Source of the DNA: a virus
Virus record (IMG/VR): IMGVR_UViG_3300042465_009257
Span: 64,001-128,000 of that record
Reading direction: 5' to 3' (one strand)
Length of the DNA stretch: 64,000 bases
A program made the translations under genes and the position numbers. The first letter of the stretch is position 1. Every line of letters begins with the position of its first letter. The notes beneath the pieces were generated by a model that was given only the letters and a program-made list of their open reading frames with translations, searched no databases and was not told where the DNA came from. Shown in pieces: positions 18,213-26,710 of this stretch.

Positions 18213-18224
18213 AATATTAAATTT

Positions 18225-18314
18225 TGGTGGGAGATGAGGGAATTGCACCCATCGCCGCCTTCCACTTTGTTATAATGGCAACGGATTTACAGTCCGCCAA
18301 GTGGGGCATCGCCC
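18225..18314 (-). tRNA. tRNA-Tyr(GUA), atypical: no D arm, long variable arm, encoded CCA
   Basis: GGGCGAT/ATCTCCC-A-CCA acceptor (one mismatch), GCGGA-CTGTAAA-TCCGT anticodon arm, GA(T)GGG-TGCAATT-CCCTC T arm. Confidence 0.8.
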
Positions 18315-18321
18315 GTATTCA

Positions 18322-18350
18322 AGTATACGGCGGGAATTTTGAAAAGTCAA
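18322..18350 (-). promoter_or_regulatory. sigma70-type promoter TTGACT-N17-TATACT for the tRNA
   Basis: -10 element ends 7 nt before tRNA G1. Confidence 0.8.
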
Positions 18351-18375
18351 GAGAAATTATTATGCCAACATCAGT

Positions 18376-18422
18376 TTAAATGGTTCCTAAACCGTCATCT
18401 GTACGGAAAAGGAACCATTTAA
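18376..18422 (-). terminator. long hairpin after nrdA (terminator or processing site)
   Basis: TTAAATGGTTCCT/AGGAACCATTTAA 13-bp stem, 3x3 internal loop, CCGT/ACGG inner stem; no clear U-tract. Confidence 0.55.
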
Positions 18423-18432
18423 GCTTTGGATT

Positions 18433-20079
18433 CTACGCTTCGCAAGACGAACAATTAAGAATCGATCTGGCCAATTGCTGACTAGGATTACTAGAGCGTT
18501 GGTAATAGACTCCTTTTAGTCCTTTTCGCCACGCTTCAATCAAAAGAAGGCTCATGTCCTTTACAGGAGTCTCAGGAGGAATCATGAAATTGATACTTTG
18601 TCCTTGGTCAATATCTTTCTGCCGCGCCGAAGCCTGATTAATAATTTCCATCTGGCTAATTTCACCAAAAGTTTTGAATACATCTTTTTCATCTTGAGTC
18701 AAAAAGGTGAGATGCTGAACTGATCCCCCATGATTCAAGATAGATTTCCAAACTTCTGTAGAGTTTTCCCCTTTTTCTTTTAAGAGTTTTTTAACATACG
18801 GATTTTTAAAGGTGAACTTCCCTTTAGCTAAATCCTTAATGAAATAATTGGAGTTTAGTGGCTCAATCGACGGAGATACTTGGCCAAGAATAAACGAACT
18901 TGATGTTGTCGGGGCAACGGCACGAGTTGTACTATTCCTAATCCCATACCCCTTTAGAAGCTCAGGCTCTCCGAATAAAACCGCTAATTCTTGTGTAGCT
19001 TTATTGCACTTATTTGCAATATTTTTCCAAACTTGGGAGTTCAAAAGCTTTGCTTCCATGGACTCAAAGCTAATCATTTTTGACTGTAACAGAGAATGCC
19101 ATCCTAAAACTCCTAATCCAAGCGCTCGTTGGTTCATCGCAAAGCGCCGTGGAGCTTCCATGAATGCCATGCCTTCTGTTTTATTGATGAACTCTGTCAT
19201 CACTGCATCTAAAAAGTAAATTAGCGTCTCTACAGCGTCAGTATCTTTCCATTCATCATAATGAAGTAGATTCATTGAAGAAAGGTTGCAAACAAAAGAC
19301 TCTTTATCCGAATTAGCTAAATAAATTTCATTACACAGATTGGAATGGTTAATCTTTAGTCCTTTGTCTTTATAAACTTGCGGAGAGTTTTTATTTACTG
19401 TGTCAGAAAAGAAAAGATAAGGATATCCCGAACTCGACCGTTTCTCCAAAATCTTTTTCCAAACAGTCATATTCTCTTTTTTCTTCTCCAAGAGATCATT
19501 CATCCACTGATCGGAAATACAAACTCCTAAAGACATTTCTTGGATTGGATGCCCAGTATCGCGAATACGCAAAAACTCTAAAATATCAGGATGATCTACT
19601 GGAAGGTATGCCGCGAAAGATCCTCTGCGAACATTTCCTTGACTTACAACATTCATTAGCTTGTCGAAAATTTCCATAAAATGGACAGAACCAGTTGATT
19701 CACCACCAGACGAAATTTTGCTACCTCTGCCGCGAAGATCACCGAAAAAAGCAGAAGTTCCACCTCCAGCTTTTGTCATCATTCCTACTTCTGCCGCTTT
19801 GCCAAGAATATCTTCCATGCTATCCCCAATGTAACTTCCGAAACAGGAGATAGGCAAGCCACGAGACTTAGAGAAATTAGACCAAATTGGAGAGCTTAAG
19901 CTATACCAGCCGCGAGATAGGTAATCTTCAAATTTTTCGGCAAATCCATCAATTCCAAGATTTTTTTCTGCCTCTTTCGCGATTTCCCAAATTCGATCTT
20001 CGGCAGATTGTCCTTCTTCAAGATACCCCCTGGATAAATATTTGCGTGATTCCTCATTAAGCCAATAATATTTACTCAT
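18433..20079 (-). CDS. nrdA: ribonucleotide reductase alpha subunit (short, no ATP cone)
   Basis: PISCF, SNLCNEI, VCNLSS, APTTSSS, DQGQS, VYY, C-terminal CSSC. Confidence 0.95.
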   Translation of the reverse strand: MSKYYWLNEESRKYLSRGYLEEGQSAEDRIWEIAKEAEKNLGIDGFAEKFEDYLSRGWYSLSSPIWSNFSKSRGLPISCFGSYIGDSMEDILGKAAEVGMMTKAGGGTSAFFGDLRGRGSKISSGGESTGSVHFMEIFDKLMNVVSQGNVRRGSFAAYLPVDHPDILEFLRIRDTGHPIQEMSLGVCISDQWMNDLLEKKKENMTVWKKILEKRSSSGYPYLFFSDTVNKNSPQVYKDKGLKINHSNLCNEIYLANSDKESFVCNLSSMNLLHYDEWKDTDAVETLIYFLDAVMTEFINKTEGMAFMEAPRRFAMNQRALGLGVLGWHSLLQSKMISFESMEAKLLNSQVWKNIANKCNKATQELAVLFGEPELLKGYGIRNSTTRAVAPTTSSSFILGQVSPSIEPLNSNYFIKDLAKGKFTFKNPYVKKLLKEKGENSTEVWKSILNHGGSVQHLTFLTQDEKDVFKTFGEISQMEIINQASARQKDIDQGQSINFMIPPETPVKDMSLLLIEAWRKGLKGVYYQRSSNPSQQLARSILNCSSCEA

Positions 20080-20082
20080 AAA

Positions 20083-21069
20083 TTAAAATAGATCGTCGGT
20101 ATCAAAGCTCTGAGACTTCTTGCTATATTCTACAGGTCGGCGGGCAAAAAAGTCAGTAGATGTATTTCCTAAAACTTCTTCGTCAAACCAAAGAGTTTGC
20201 TTAATTAAAAATTCATCGATTTCAAAAGCTTTGCGGTAGCCAATCTCAATTAAAGAATCATTAATTCTATTCTTAACGAACTCTTTCAAGACTTCTGGAT
20301 TCAATCCATCTTCGGTTACTCCTTCTAAAGCCCAATCAATAATATTTGATTCAGCTTTAAATGCTTCTTTCGCCTCATGAATAATTTTTTCTTCTAAGTC
20401 TTGATCAAAAAGTTCTGGGTATTCATCTCGGATTACATTAATAATCTTGATTCCTACCATTGAATGAATTCTCTCCTCTTTCGCGGTATAAGCAGTCTGC
20501 TGAGTGACCGACTTTAAAACATTCTTGTGCCGATTTAGCCAATTGACAATATAGAATTGACTGAAAAGAGAAACATTTTCAACGAACAAAGTGAACAAAG
20601 TCACGGCGTAGAGATATTGCTTTTTCTTATCAGAGTATTCTTTTTTCCGATATTTACGAAGATAGTCTACACGACCCTTAAAAAAGGGCAACTTTAGATT
20701 CTTCTCAAAGACATCTTCGATCCCTAGTTCTTCCAAAAGTCTCCCATAAGCTTGGGAATGGGTTACCTCAATGGCTGCGAGTTTAAAACCAAGGTCAATT
20801 AAACTAGGATGCGGAAGATTTTCTCCTAATTTGCCCCAATAAACTTTTACTTCTGTTTCCACTTGGGAGATAGCAGAAAGAGTTCTAATGACACACTCTT
20901 TGATTTGTGGTGATAGAGCTACATTAAAATCTTGGATATCGCTAGCAAAAGAAAATTCTTTGTCTGTCCAGTGCCCTGAGTCCATTGCGTCAATGAATTC
21001 ATAAGCCCATGGATATCGGTCTGGCTTGCGACTAATTTGTTCATCAAAGATTCTAATTTTATCACTCAT
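20083..21069 (-). CDS. nrdB: ribonucleotide reductase beta subunit (class Id-like)
   Basis: QVETEVK, EVTHSQAY, ENVSLFSQF, EERIH, DFFARRPVEY. Confidence 0.93.
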   Translation of the reverse strand: MSDKIRIFDEQISRKPDRYPWAYEFIDAMDSGHWTDKEFSFASDIQDFNVALSPQIKECVIRTLSAISQVETEVKVYWGKLGENLPHPSLIDLGFKLAAIEVTHSQAYGRLLEELGIEDVFEKNLKLPFFKGRVDYLRKYRKKEYSDKKKQYLYAVTLFTLFVENVSLFSQFYIVNWLNRHKNVLKSVTQQTAYTAKEERIHSMVGIKIINVIRDEYPELFDQDLEEKIIHEAKEAFKAESNIIDWALEGVTEDGLNPEVLKEFVKNRINDSLIEIGYRKAFEIDEFLIKQTLWFDEEVLGNTSTDFFARRPVEYSKKSQSFDTDDLF

Positions 21070-21078
21070 ATTTAAAAT

Positions 21079-21486
21079 TTATAGTCCACTGCTAATTTCC
21101 ATCGCCTCTACCTCTGCCGCAATTTTTGCCTGCTCTGTTGTTGCGTTTATTGAGGCTTGTTTTGTTGCCTCTTTCGCTGCCGTATTCGTTACATCCGCCG
21201 CAGTCTTGGAGTTCTTCACGGATTGATAAGTGGCGTTCCCAGTGCTCCAGATATCAGTTGCTGCCCACGCCCCAATACCCCATTTAACAACCCCGCCCAA
21301 ATCAGAAAAGGATTTCTCATTATTGGCTCCCGCCATAACTACTGTATCTCCTTTCTTCACAAAAATCATATCCTTGCCGCCGACTCGGCTTCCAGATTTG
21401 ATAGAAATTCCATCTACAACTACTGAATTCGATGTGCTACATGCTACAAGAAAACACGGAAATGCTAAAAGGATTAGATTTTTCAT
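21079..21486 (-). CDS. putative lipoprotein
   Basis: MKNLILLAFPCFLVAC-S signal peptide with lipobox-like LVAC. Confidence 0.6.
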   Translation of the reverse strand: MKNLILLAFPCFLVACSTSNSVVVDGISIKSGSRVGGKDMIFVKKGDTVVMAGANNEKSFSDLGGVVKWGIGAWAATDIWSTGNATYQSVKNSKTAADVTNTAAKEATKQASINATTEQAKIAAEVEAMEISSGL

Positions 21487-21497
21487 TTAAATTTTAT

Positions 21498-21827
21498 TTA
21501 GCTAAGTTTTCCAAGGACCTCTAAAAAATCCTTAATAACAGGATCTTTGATCATCTTCTCATAGCTACGATAATTGGCTTTCTTCTTTTTGTCAAGAGCC
21601 GCTTTGGCTTTTTTCCATGCTGCATATAACTTTGCAGGATCAGTTTCTAAATCGCCAATAGGAAATTCCAGCAACAACCGCTCTGTTTCTAAGCCGCCGA
21701 CATTCTCTACATAAAATGAAAAAGTTGACTCCGTTACTGACGCCCCGCTATAAAAATTGCCTTCTAGCTTAGCAATAAATTCGCCAGCAATCTCATCAAT
21801 TTTTTCAAAAACTTCTTCTAATTCCAT
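21498..21827 (-). CDS. hypothetical protein
   Basis: 109-aa ORF in operon. Confidence 0.6.
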   Translation of the reverse strand: MELEEVFEKIDEIAGEFIAKLEGNFYSGASVTESTFSFYVENVGGLETERLLLEFPIGDLETDPAKLYAAWKKAKAALDKKKKANYRSYEKMIKDPVIKDFLEVLGKLS

Positions 21828-21842
21828 ATTAATTTTTAAAAT

Positions 21843-22223
21843 TTATTCAATTATAATGTCTCGACTTGGCTTTGCTTGTTTACCACGCTTTGCTTTTCCA
21901 CCTCTAGCATCACTATATTTTTTATCAGCTTCTGCTTTAAGAAGATCAACTCCACCCATTTTCTCGGCCCTAGCTTCGCTAAGATCAGAAGCGCGATCCC
22001 AGATATCACCCAAGGTTCCACCTTTTGAGGTTTTGTCAAGGAATTGTTTTGGGTTAAACGGGTCAGATTTAACGTCCATGCTAATCTGAGGTACGGTCCA
22101 GACCCGATCCCATTTTACTCCCGCAAGAATATATTCGTGAACATCGTTTACGGATAGAAAAAGAGAAATAATATCTCTGGGATCTTGTGGATTAGAAAAT
22201 TGATATTCTGGCATGGCTGGCAA
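21843..22223 (-). CDS. FmdB-like protein lacking Cys ligands
   Basis: MPEYQF... start and W.RV..VP motif; likely start ATG 22214. Confidence 0.45.
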   Translation of the reverse strand: MPAMPEYQFSNPQDPRDIISLFLSVNDVHEYILAGVKWDRVWTVPQISMDVKSDPFNPKQFLDKTSKGGTLGDIWDRASDLSEARAEKMGGVDLLKAEADKKYSDARGGKAKRGKQAKPSRDIIIE

Positions 22224-22229
22224 ATGATA

Positions 22230-22256
22230 TTACAGTAGTTCCTAAAAGGCTGGAAA
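22230..22256 (-). promoter_or_regulatory. class II promoter TTTCC-N17-TGTAA
   Basis: Read directly. Confidence 0.7.
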
Positions 22257-22264
22257 TATTTTCT

Positions 22265-22858
22265 TTAAGAAATTGAAAATTCAGAGCGGATTGTTAAATT
22301 AAATTCTGGAATTGAGATAGATGTGGCGATGCCTAGCTCTAAAGCTTTTTCGCTGGTAATCAACCAGTCATCCAATAAATTATTCTTTAATTGCTTTTTA
22401 ATCCAATCCTTGGGTTTCTTAAGATGCTTACTAAGAACTTCATTCATTAAATCATTTTCCTTACCGTGCCACTCAACGACTTGTCGAGCCTCTTGTAGAT
22501 TTCCCTCAAAGCCTAGTTGAGTACTGTGAAATAAGAGTGAAGAGAATTTCCCCATGTACCGGTGATCACAATACATGAAAACACAGCATCCTGCTGAAGC
22601 TGCTGTTCCAGATACTACGGCAGCAAATTGCATTCCCTTCTCACGATAACAATCCATGATTGACATAAAGCCAAACAAAATTGCTGCACTGCCTCCATCG
22701 CTTTGAATAAAGATGGGCATCAAAGGCTGAGAATTCTCATGAGCGCGATGCAGCGTCTTTGAGAATGCCTGCAAAGACCTTTCTGAAAAATCGGTAAGAT
22801 GAAAAACACCCGGCACTGCGACATCTCTGACTTGAGGCGATTGACTAATATTCCACAT
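22265..22858 (-). CDS. clpP: ClpP-like serine protease
   Basis: IQSDGGS, AASAG (Ser), LLFHS (His), DWLITSEKALELGIA (Asp). Confidence 0.85.
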   Translation of the reverse strand: MWNISQSPQVRDVAVPGVFHLTDFSERSLQAFSKTLHRAHENSQPLMPIFIQSDGGSAAILFGFMSIMDCYREKGMQFAAVVSGTAASAGCCVFMYCDHRYMGKFSSLLFHSTQLGFEGNLQEARQVVEWHGKENDLMNEVLSKHLKKPKDWIKKQLKNNLLDDWLITSEKALELGIATSISIPEFNLTIRSEFSIS

Positions 22859-22895
22859 AATTATTTTTTATTATTCTCTATTTTAGATATAAATT

Positions 22896-23987
22896 TTAAA
22901 AATCCAAAAGACAATCAACTGTATTTTTCACAGAAAACTTATCTGCCAAAGCTTTTCCAACCTCTGGATCTGGAACATCCATATTTAAGGCTTGTTCCAT
23001 TCCTGCAATTCCAGCGTCCTCATCCCAAGTAAAAATATTACCTTGGTTGTATGGCTGGCCTTTTTGGAAAAACATTCCATCTGTTGCGTCTTCTTTTCCA
23101 GAAGGCTCAACAAAAATAGAGTTCGTATCAGAACAATAGTCAGTATGAGCATGAGCACGTAGAACTACGCCTCTTTTGCCTAAACAGCGAGTTTGTAACA
23201 ATGGTAGTCCAAACCCTTCTCCACCGCTTAGTCCTAGATCGATATCAATTACATTTAGAGCTTGGTTGAACTCTTCCTTTGTAAGAAAACCAAATAGATT
23301 TACATTCCAAGGAAGCTCTCTTCCAATTTCCCGCTCAATAATTTGCTTGTGTGCTGCAATATGATTTTTAGGGTCTATTCCGCCCATGATGAATGGATTA
23401 AAGACATGGCAATGTAGCCGATATTTCTTATCCCCTCCAAAGCGTTTTACCCAAGCTCCGATTGTCTTGGTCGTCCACTTGCGCTTTTCAAGTTTGCCTA
23501 AAACTGAGAAGATTGTGACATCTTCAAGGCCCTTTCGTGGGGCATCTACGTGAGAAAACAGACTGGCGTCAAAGAAGTTAGGAGTTACGCCAGCCTGGAG
23601 ACCTTTAGCCTCAAAAGTTTGTTTAGAAAAATTCGATGGAACTAGAATCCTCGAATACTGAGCCATGATATTCTTTTCAGTATCCGTAATGGAGTCGATT
23701 TCATGAACTGTATAAAGAGTATTTATATCAGACAGTCTCGATTGGCTACCATTAATGTGCCAAACCTTAATTGCTGGTTCAGACTTTTTATAATTAGTTA
23801 ATGCTTTTCCACTGCAATACTGGAACCACTGTGGAAACCCTTCTGGTAAATTGGCATATCCAAAATCAGGATTTCCAATAATGAAGATATTCGGGGTCAA
23901 ACCTCTTTTAAAAAGTTCAACGGCAATACCCATTCCGACACTGCCAAGGCCGGTTTGATTTAGAGGGAGTTCAATACTAAACGTCAT
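22896..23987 (-). CDS. GT-B glycosyltransferase (GT4-like)
   Basis: VPSNF, GKLEKRK, SGGEGFGLPLLQ. Confidence 0.85.
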   Translation of the reverse strand: MTFSIELPLNQTGLGSVGMGIAVELFKRGLTPNIFIIGNPDFGYANLPEGFPQWFQYCSGKALTNYKKSEPAIKVWHINGSQSRLSDINTLYTVHEIDSITDTEKNIMAQYSRILVPSNFSKQTFEAKGLQAGVTPNFFDASLFSHVDAPRKGLEDVTIFSVLGKLEKRKWTTKTIGAWVKRFGGDKKYRLHCHVFNPFIMGGIDPKNHIAAHKQIIEREIGRELPWNVNLFGFLTKEEFNQALNVIDIDLGLSGGEGFGLPLLQTRCLGKRGVVLRAHAHTDYCSDTNSIFVEPSGKEDATDGMFFQKGQPYNQGNIFTWDEDAGIAGMEQALNMDVPDPEVGKALADKFSVKNTVDCLLDF

Positions 23988-23992
23988 GGTTG

Positions 23993-24021
23993 ATTCTACT
24001 TAAAGTTTTAGGATTGGTCAA
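23993..24021 (-). promoter_or_regulatory. sigma70-type promoter TTGACC-N17-TAGAAT
   Basis: 5 nt before the glycosyltransferase ATG. Confidence 0.78.
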
Positions 24022-24424
24022 TCTCTGTTTCTTCGATTTGAATGGTTTTGTCAAACTTTTTGATAAGAGCAAAAGATGAATCTAATCCAAATAAAGTTTC
24101 TGCCCAAGTTGAAATCCAGCCTTCAGTATTTTCAAGGGTTTCCCAAGAAGGGAGGTATAAAACTTCAGGAGGTCCATGCGGCTCAAAAACTTCAAAGCAT
24201 TGAATAATCCAATCCATTCCTGGTTTTAGAGAAGTGAAAATCCGCGCATCTTCTTCCATCGCTAAACTTTCTAAGTTGAATACTGAAACAGTCACAGTAA
24301 ATTTCTCATGCTGATCCTCAATCAATTGCGTCATCACCTGATATCGTATTCCACCATCAATAGATACCAAAAATGGTTCCCGATGGGAGAAACAGGCTGC
24401 ACGGACTAGGTTGGATTGAGACAT
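24008..24424 (-). CDS. hypothetical protein (start revised to MSQSNL)
   Basis: Revised start avoids a long overlap with the upstream gene. Confidence 0.55.
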   Translation of the reverse strand: MSQSNLVRAACFSHREPFLVSIDGGIRYQVMTQLIEDQHEKFTVTVSVFNLESLAMEEDARIFTSLKPGMDWIIQCFEVFEPHGPPEVLYLPSWETLENTEGWISTWAETLFGLDSSFALIKKFDKTIQIEETEIDQS

Positions 24425-24702
24425 TTGTTTTTTACGATAAACGCGATTATTGGACTTGTCAATGGAATATATAATGGAAAACCTGCGATAAGGCAAATCC
24501 CGAGAGATAGCCAAAGATTATGGCACAATTGGCATTTCCACAAGTTGAAAATTAAATCTGCACAAATTTTTTCAGCGGCGCGACGACTTTGCATCCAAAT
24601 CAGAAGCCTAGTTCTGAAATCTTCAAAAAGTGTAGACTCATGGGTTACAAAATTTAAATAAGACAGTAAAATGCCTACGCAAATAATTAGTTCTAAATTC
24701 AT
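24406..24702 (-). CDS. small membrane protein (DUF1360-like)
   Basis: Hydrophobic segments and L..CQLCHNLW motif. Confidence 0.55.
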   Translation of the reverse strand: MNLELIICVGILLSYLNFVTHESTLFEDFRTRLLIWMQSRRAAEKICADLIFNLWKCQLCHNLWLSLGICLIAGFPLYIPLTSPIIAFIVKNKCLNPT

Positions 24703-25388
24703 ACATCTTGTAAACCTTCTTTTAGCTCCGAGTCAACCCATTTTTCCATTTTTCTCACCATCTCGCCGCCTTCTTTCCACAAACCAGAATTTTCCTTCAT
24801 TACACGTTCCACCTCTAAACGTGGAATCGACTCTCCATTCTCAAATTTGCTAAAATCATGCCAGCGGAATTGAACATCAGCAGCTTTGCGGATTAGTGGG
24901 TCATTTTTCTCTTCCTCGCTGTTCGCTGGCTCTAGAACATGGAATTGCCCATACCAGTCCTTGCTGTCATATCTTTCAACGTGGACGATTTTCCCACCAT
25001 TAGATTTTACAAATCCAAGCTCGTCGCCGCCGCCAAATTCCGCAAAACGCAAATCCGTAATAAATCTTACTTGCGGTCCTTCTGGGGAAAGGAGAGTATC
25101 TCGGATTTTATTCAACCAATACTGCCCCTTACTATCATTTCTGCGGAGCTTGCCATATTGAACAAGCAATGGCCGAACCCTTGTCTTCTCTTCAGTAACC
25201 TCGGTAAACGCCGAAAATCCAAACTTATCAGTTATAAAATGGTCCAGGTCTCTCTTCAATTCGTCGGCGAAAGCCCATCGCCCGCAGGTGATTCCTTCTT
25301 CTTTGAGAAAATCAGAGGCGAATCTGTAAAAAGAGTCCTTGCCCGATCGCCCGACCCCCGAAAGGGCTATAATTTTAAATGATTTCAT
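24699..25388 (-). CDS. deoxynucleoside monophosphate kinase (T4 gp1-like)
   Basis: P-loop SGVGRSGKDS, AFADELK, R.LLVQYG, ITDLRF..E; start ATG 25388. Confidence 0.85.
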   Translation of the reverse strand: MKSFKIIALSGVGRSGKDSFYRFASDFLKEEGITCGRWAFADELKRDLDHFITDKFGFSAFTEVTEEKTRVRPLLVQYGKLRRNDSKGQYWLNKIRDTLLSPEGPQVRFITDLRFAEFGGGDELGFVKSNGGKIVHVERYDSKDWYGQFHVLEPANSEEEKNDPLIRKAADVQFRWHDFSKFENGESIPRLEVERVMKENSGLWKEGGEMVRKMEKWVDSELKEGLQDV

Positions 25389-25394
25389 TCCTTT

Positions 25395-25424
25395 ATTATA
25401 GGTGGAAACGAAAGAAAAAGTCAA
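25395..25424 (-). promoter_or_regulatory. sigma70-type promoter TTGACT-N18-TATAAT
   Basis: 6 nt before the kinase ATG. Confidence 0.75.
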
Positions 25425-25529
25425 CCGACTGTCTCAAAATGATTATTTTCGCGAAAAAAAATGGTTGAGGCTTTCGGATTTGACCAAAAAACGGGCAGGA
25501 AAAGAATCATTAATAATTTAAAATAAATT

Positions 25530-25556
25530 GTTCCCTTTTCTTTACCATTCCTGTAA
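25530..25556 (+). promoter_or_regulatory. class II promoter GTTCC-N17-TGTAA with TTAC-N7-GTAA palindrome (25542-25556)
   Basis: 14 nt before ATG 25571. Confidence 0.62.
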
Positions 25557-25570
25557 TTAAACATATAATT

Positions 25571-25729
25571 ATGAATCACCGAATTAAAACTAAACGCTAT
25601 AATTTTTGCTTTGACCCGAAAATTGACGAACTCTTGAAAAAAATTAAAGCAGAAACTTCAATAGGATTAACGAAAATTGTGGAGTTAGCTGTTGTTGATT
25701 TTGCCGAAAAGAAAGGAGTTTCTTTATGA
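25571..25729 (+). CDS. ribbon-helix-helix DNA-binding protein (52 aa), copy 2
   Basis: Not in the ORF track. MNHRIKTKRYNFCFDPKIDELLKKIKAETSIGLTKIVELAVVDFAEKKGVSL; ATGA overlap with the nuclease ORF. Confidence 0.8.
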   Translation: MNHRIKTKRYNFCFDPKIDELLKKIKAETSIGLTKIVELAVVDFAEKKGVSL

Positions 25730-26523
25730 TCGGTGTCGTTTTTAACATGAATATCGAATCTCTTGCGATTTGCCCAAGAACCAACGGAATTTACAAAATC
25801 ACAAATACGAAAACAGGAAGATTCTATATTGGCCGAGCAGAATACAAGAAAGGTTTTTTTCGCCGGTGGTATCACCATAGGTGGCAACTTAGAAAAAATA
25901 TCCATGAAAATCCTCATTTGCAAAACTCTTATAACAAATATGGAGAGTCTTGTTTCACCTTCGAGATTCTTGAAATTAAAGACTATGGAGATCCGTTAAT
26001 AGATCTAGAGTCAGAATATATCATAAATTTAAAAGCCATGTACTTTGAAGACGGGTATAATCTTACGAATGAAAGGTTTGCCGCAAAATATCCTAAAATA
26101 TACAGAGAAAATCATCATAACTCAAAAGAATTTGAACTGCTTGACCCAGAAGGAAATTTAATTAAAGGCAGGAATTTAAGTCAATTCTGTGAAGAACTAG
26201 ATGTGGGCGTAGGAGCCATGTGGGATGTCATCCACGGAGATAGAAAATCCTACAAAGGATTCAAATCTCCCAATCCCGAATTTCACGTAGTTAAAAAAGA
26301 GTATCGCTTGCTCTCGCCCGAAAAAGAATTGTTCGTATTTGACAACGCCGCAGAATTCGCGAGAAAGATAGGGGTAAACAAACGTTCTATACACAAAGTA
26401 TTAAAAGGGGAAAGGTCTAATGCCGAGGGCTACCATCTTGAAAATCCATTACCAGAACATCAAAGAAATCTTGATAATTATTTCAATAGGAAGCATCTCT
26501 CTGATCGAATCAACTTTCAATGA
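25726..26523 (+). CDS. GIY-YIG homing endonuclease (I-TevI/Seg-like)
   Basis: GIYKITN...FYIGRA...RRW..H...L....H.N..LQ..YNKYG...F.FEILE...E..I...GYN; two C-terminal HTH-like repeats. Confidence 0.88.
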   Translation: MIGVVFNMNIESLAICPRTNGIYKITNTKTGRFYIGRAEYKKGFFRRWYHHRWQLRKNIHENPHLQNSYNKYGESCFTFEILEIKDYGDPLIDLESEYIINLKAMYFEDGYNLTNERFAAKYPKIYRENHHNSKEFELLDPEGNLIKGRNLSQFCEELDVGVGAMWDVIHGDRKSYKGFKSPNPEFHVVKKEYRLLSPEKELFVFDNAAEFARKIGVNKRSIHKVLKGERSNAEGYHLENPLPEHQRNLDNYFNRKHLSDRINFQ

Positions 26524-26674
26524 ATCCGTCCAAATCCTTTTTTAGCTCATCAGCAAAAGCCCAGCGGCCACATGAAATTCCCTCCGTTTCTAGAAATTCC
26601 GAAGCGAAGCGGTAAAAAGAGTCCTTCCCCGCCCGACCGACGCCAGAGATTCCGATAATTTTAAATGGTTGCAT
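26510..26674 (-). pseudogene. truncated 5' copy (54 aa) of the dNMP kinase
   Basis: MQPFKIIGISGVGRAGKDSFYRFASEFLETEGISCGRWAFADELKKDLDGFIES*; 41/52 aa identical to the start of the full kinase. Confidence 0.85.
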
Positions 26675-26680
26675 TGATGA

Positions 26681-26710
26681 ATTGTATCGGGCTTTTGTGC
26701 GGAAAGTCAA
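26681..26710 (-). promoter_or_regulatory. sigma70-type promoter TTGACT-N18-TACAAT of the kinase remnant
   Basis: 6 nt before ATG 26674; same geometry as 25395-25424. Confidence 0.75.

Noticed and set aside
18213-18248. N-terminal extension of track ORF 17970-18248
   Set aside because: It overlaps the tRNA 3' end; ATG 18212 is the more plausible start
18225-18314. tmRNA or tmRNA fragment, because the D stem is missing
   Set aside because: It has a complete GUA anticodon arm, no G3-U70 alanine determinant and no tag reading frame
25389-26509. Group I intron interrupting the dNMP kinase
   Set aside because: The downstream gene is complete with its own promoter and start, the nuclease is antisense, and no intron core was recognised
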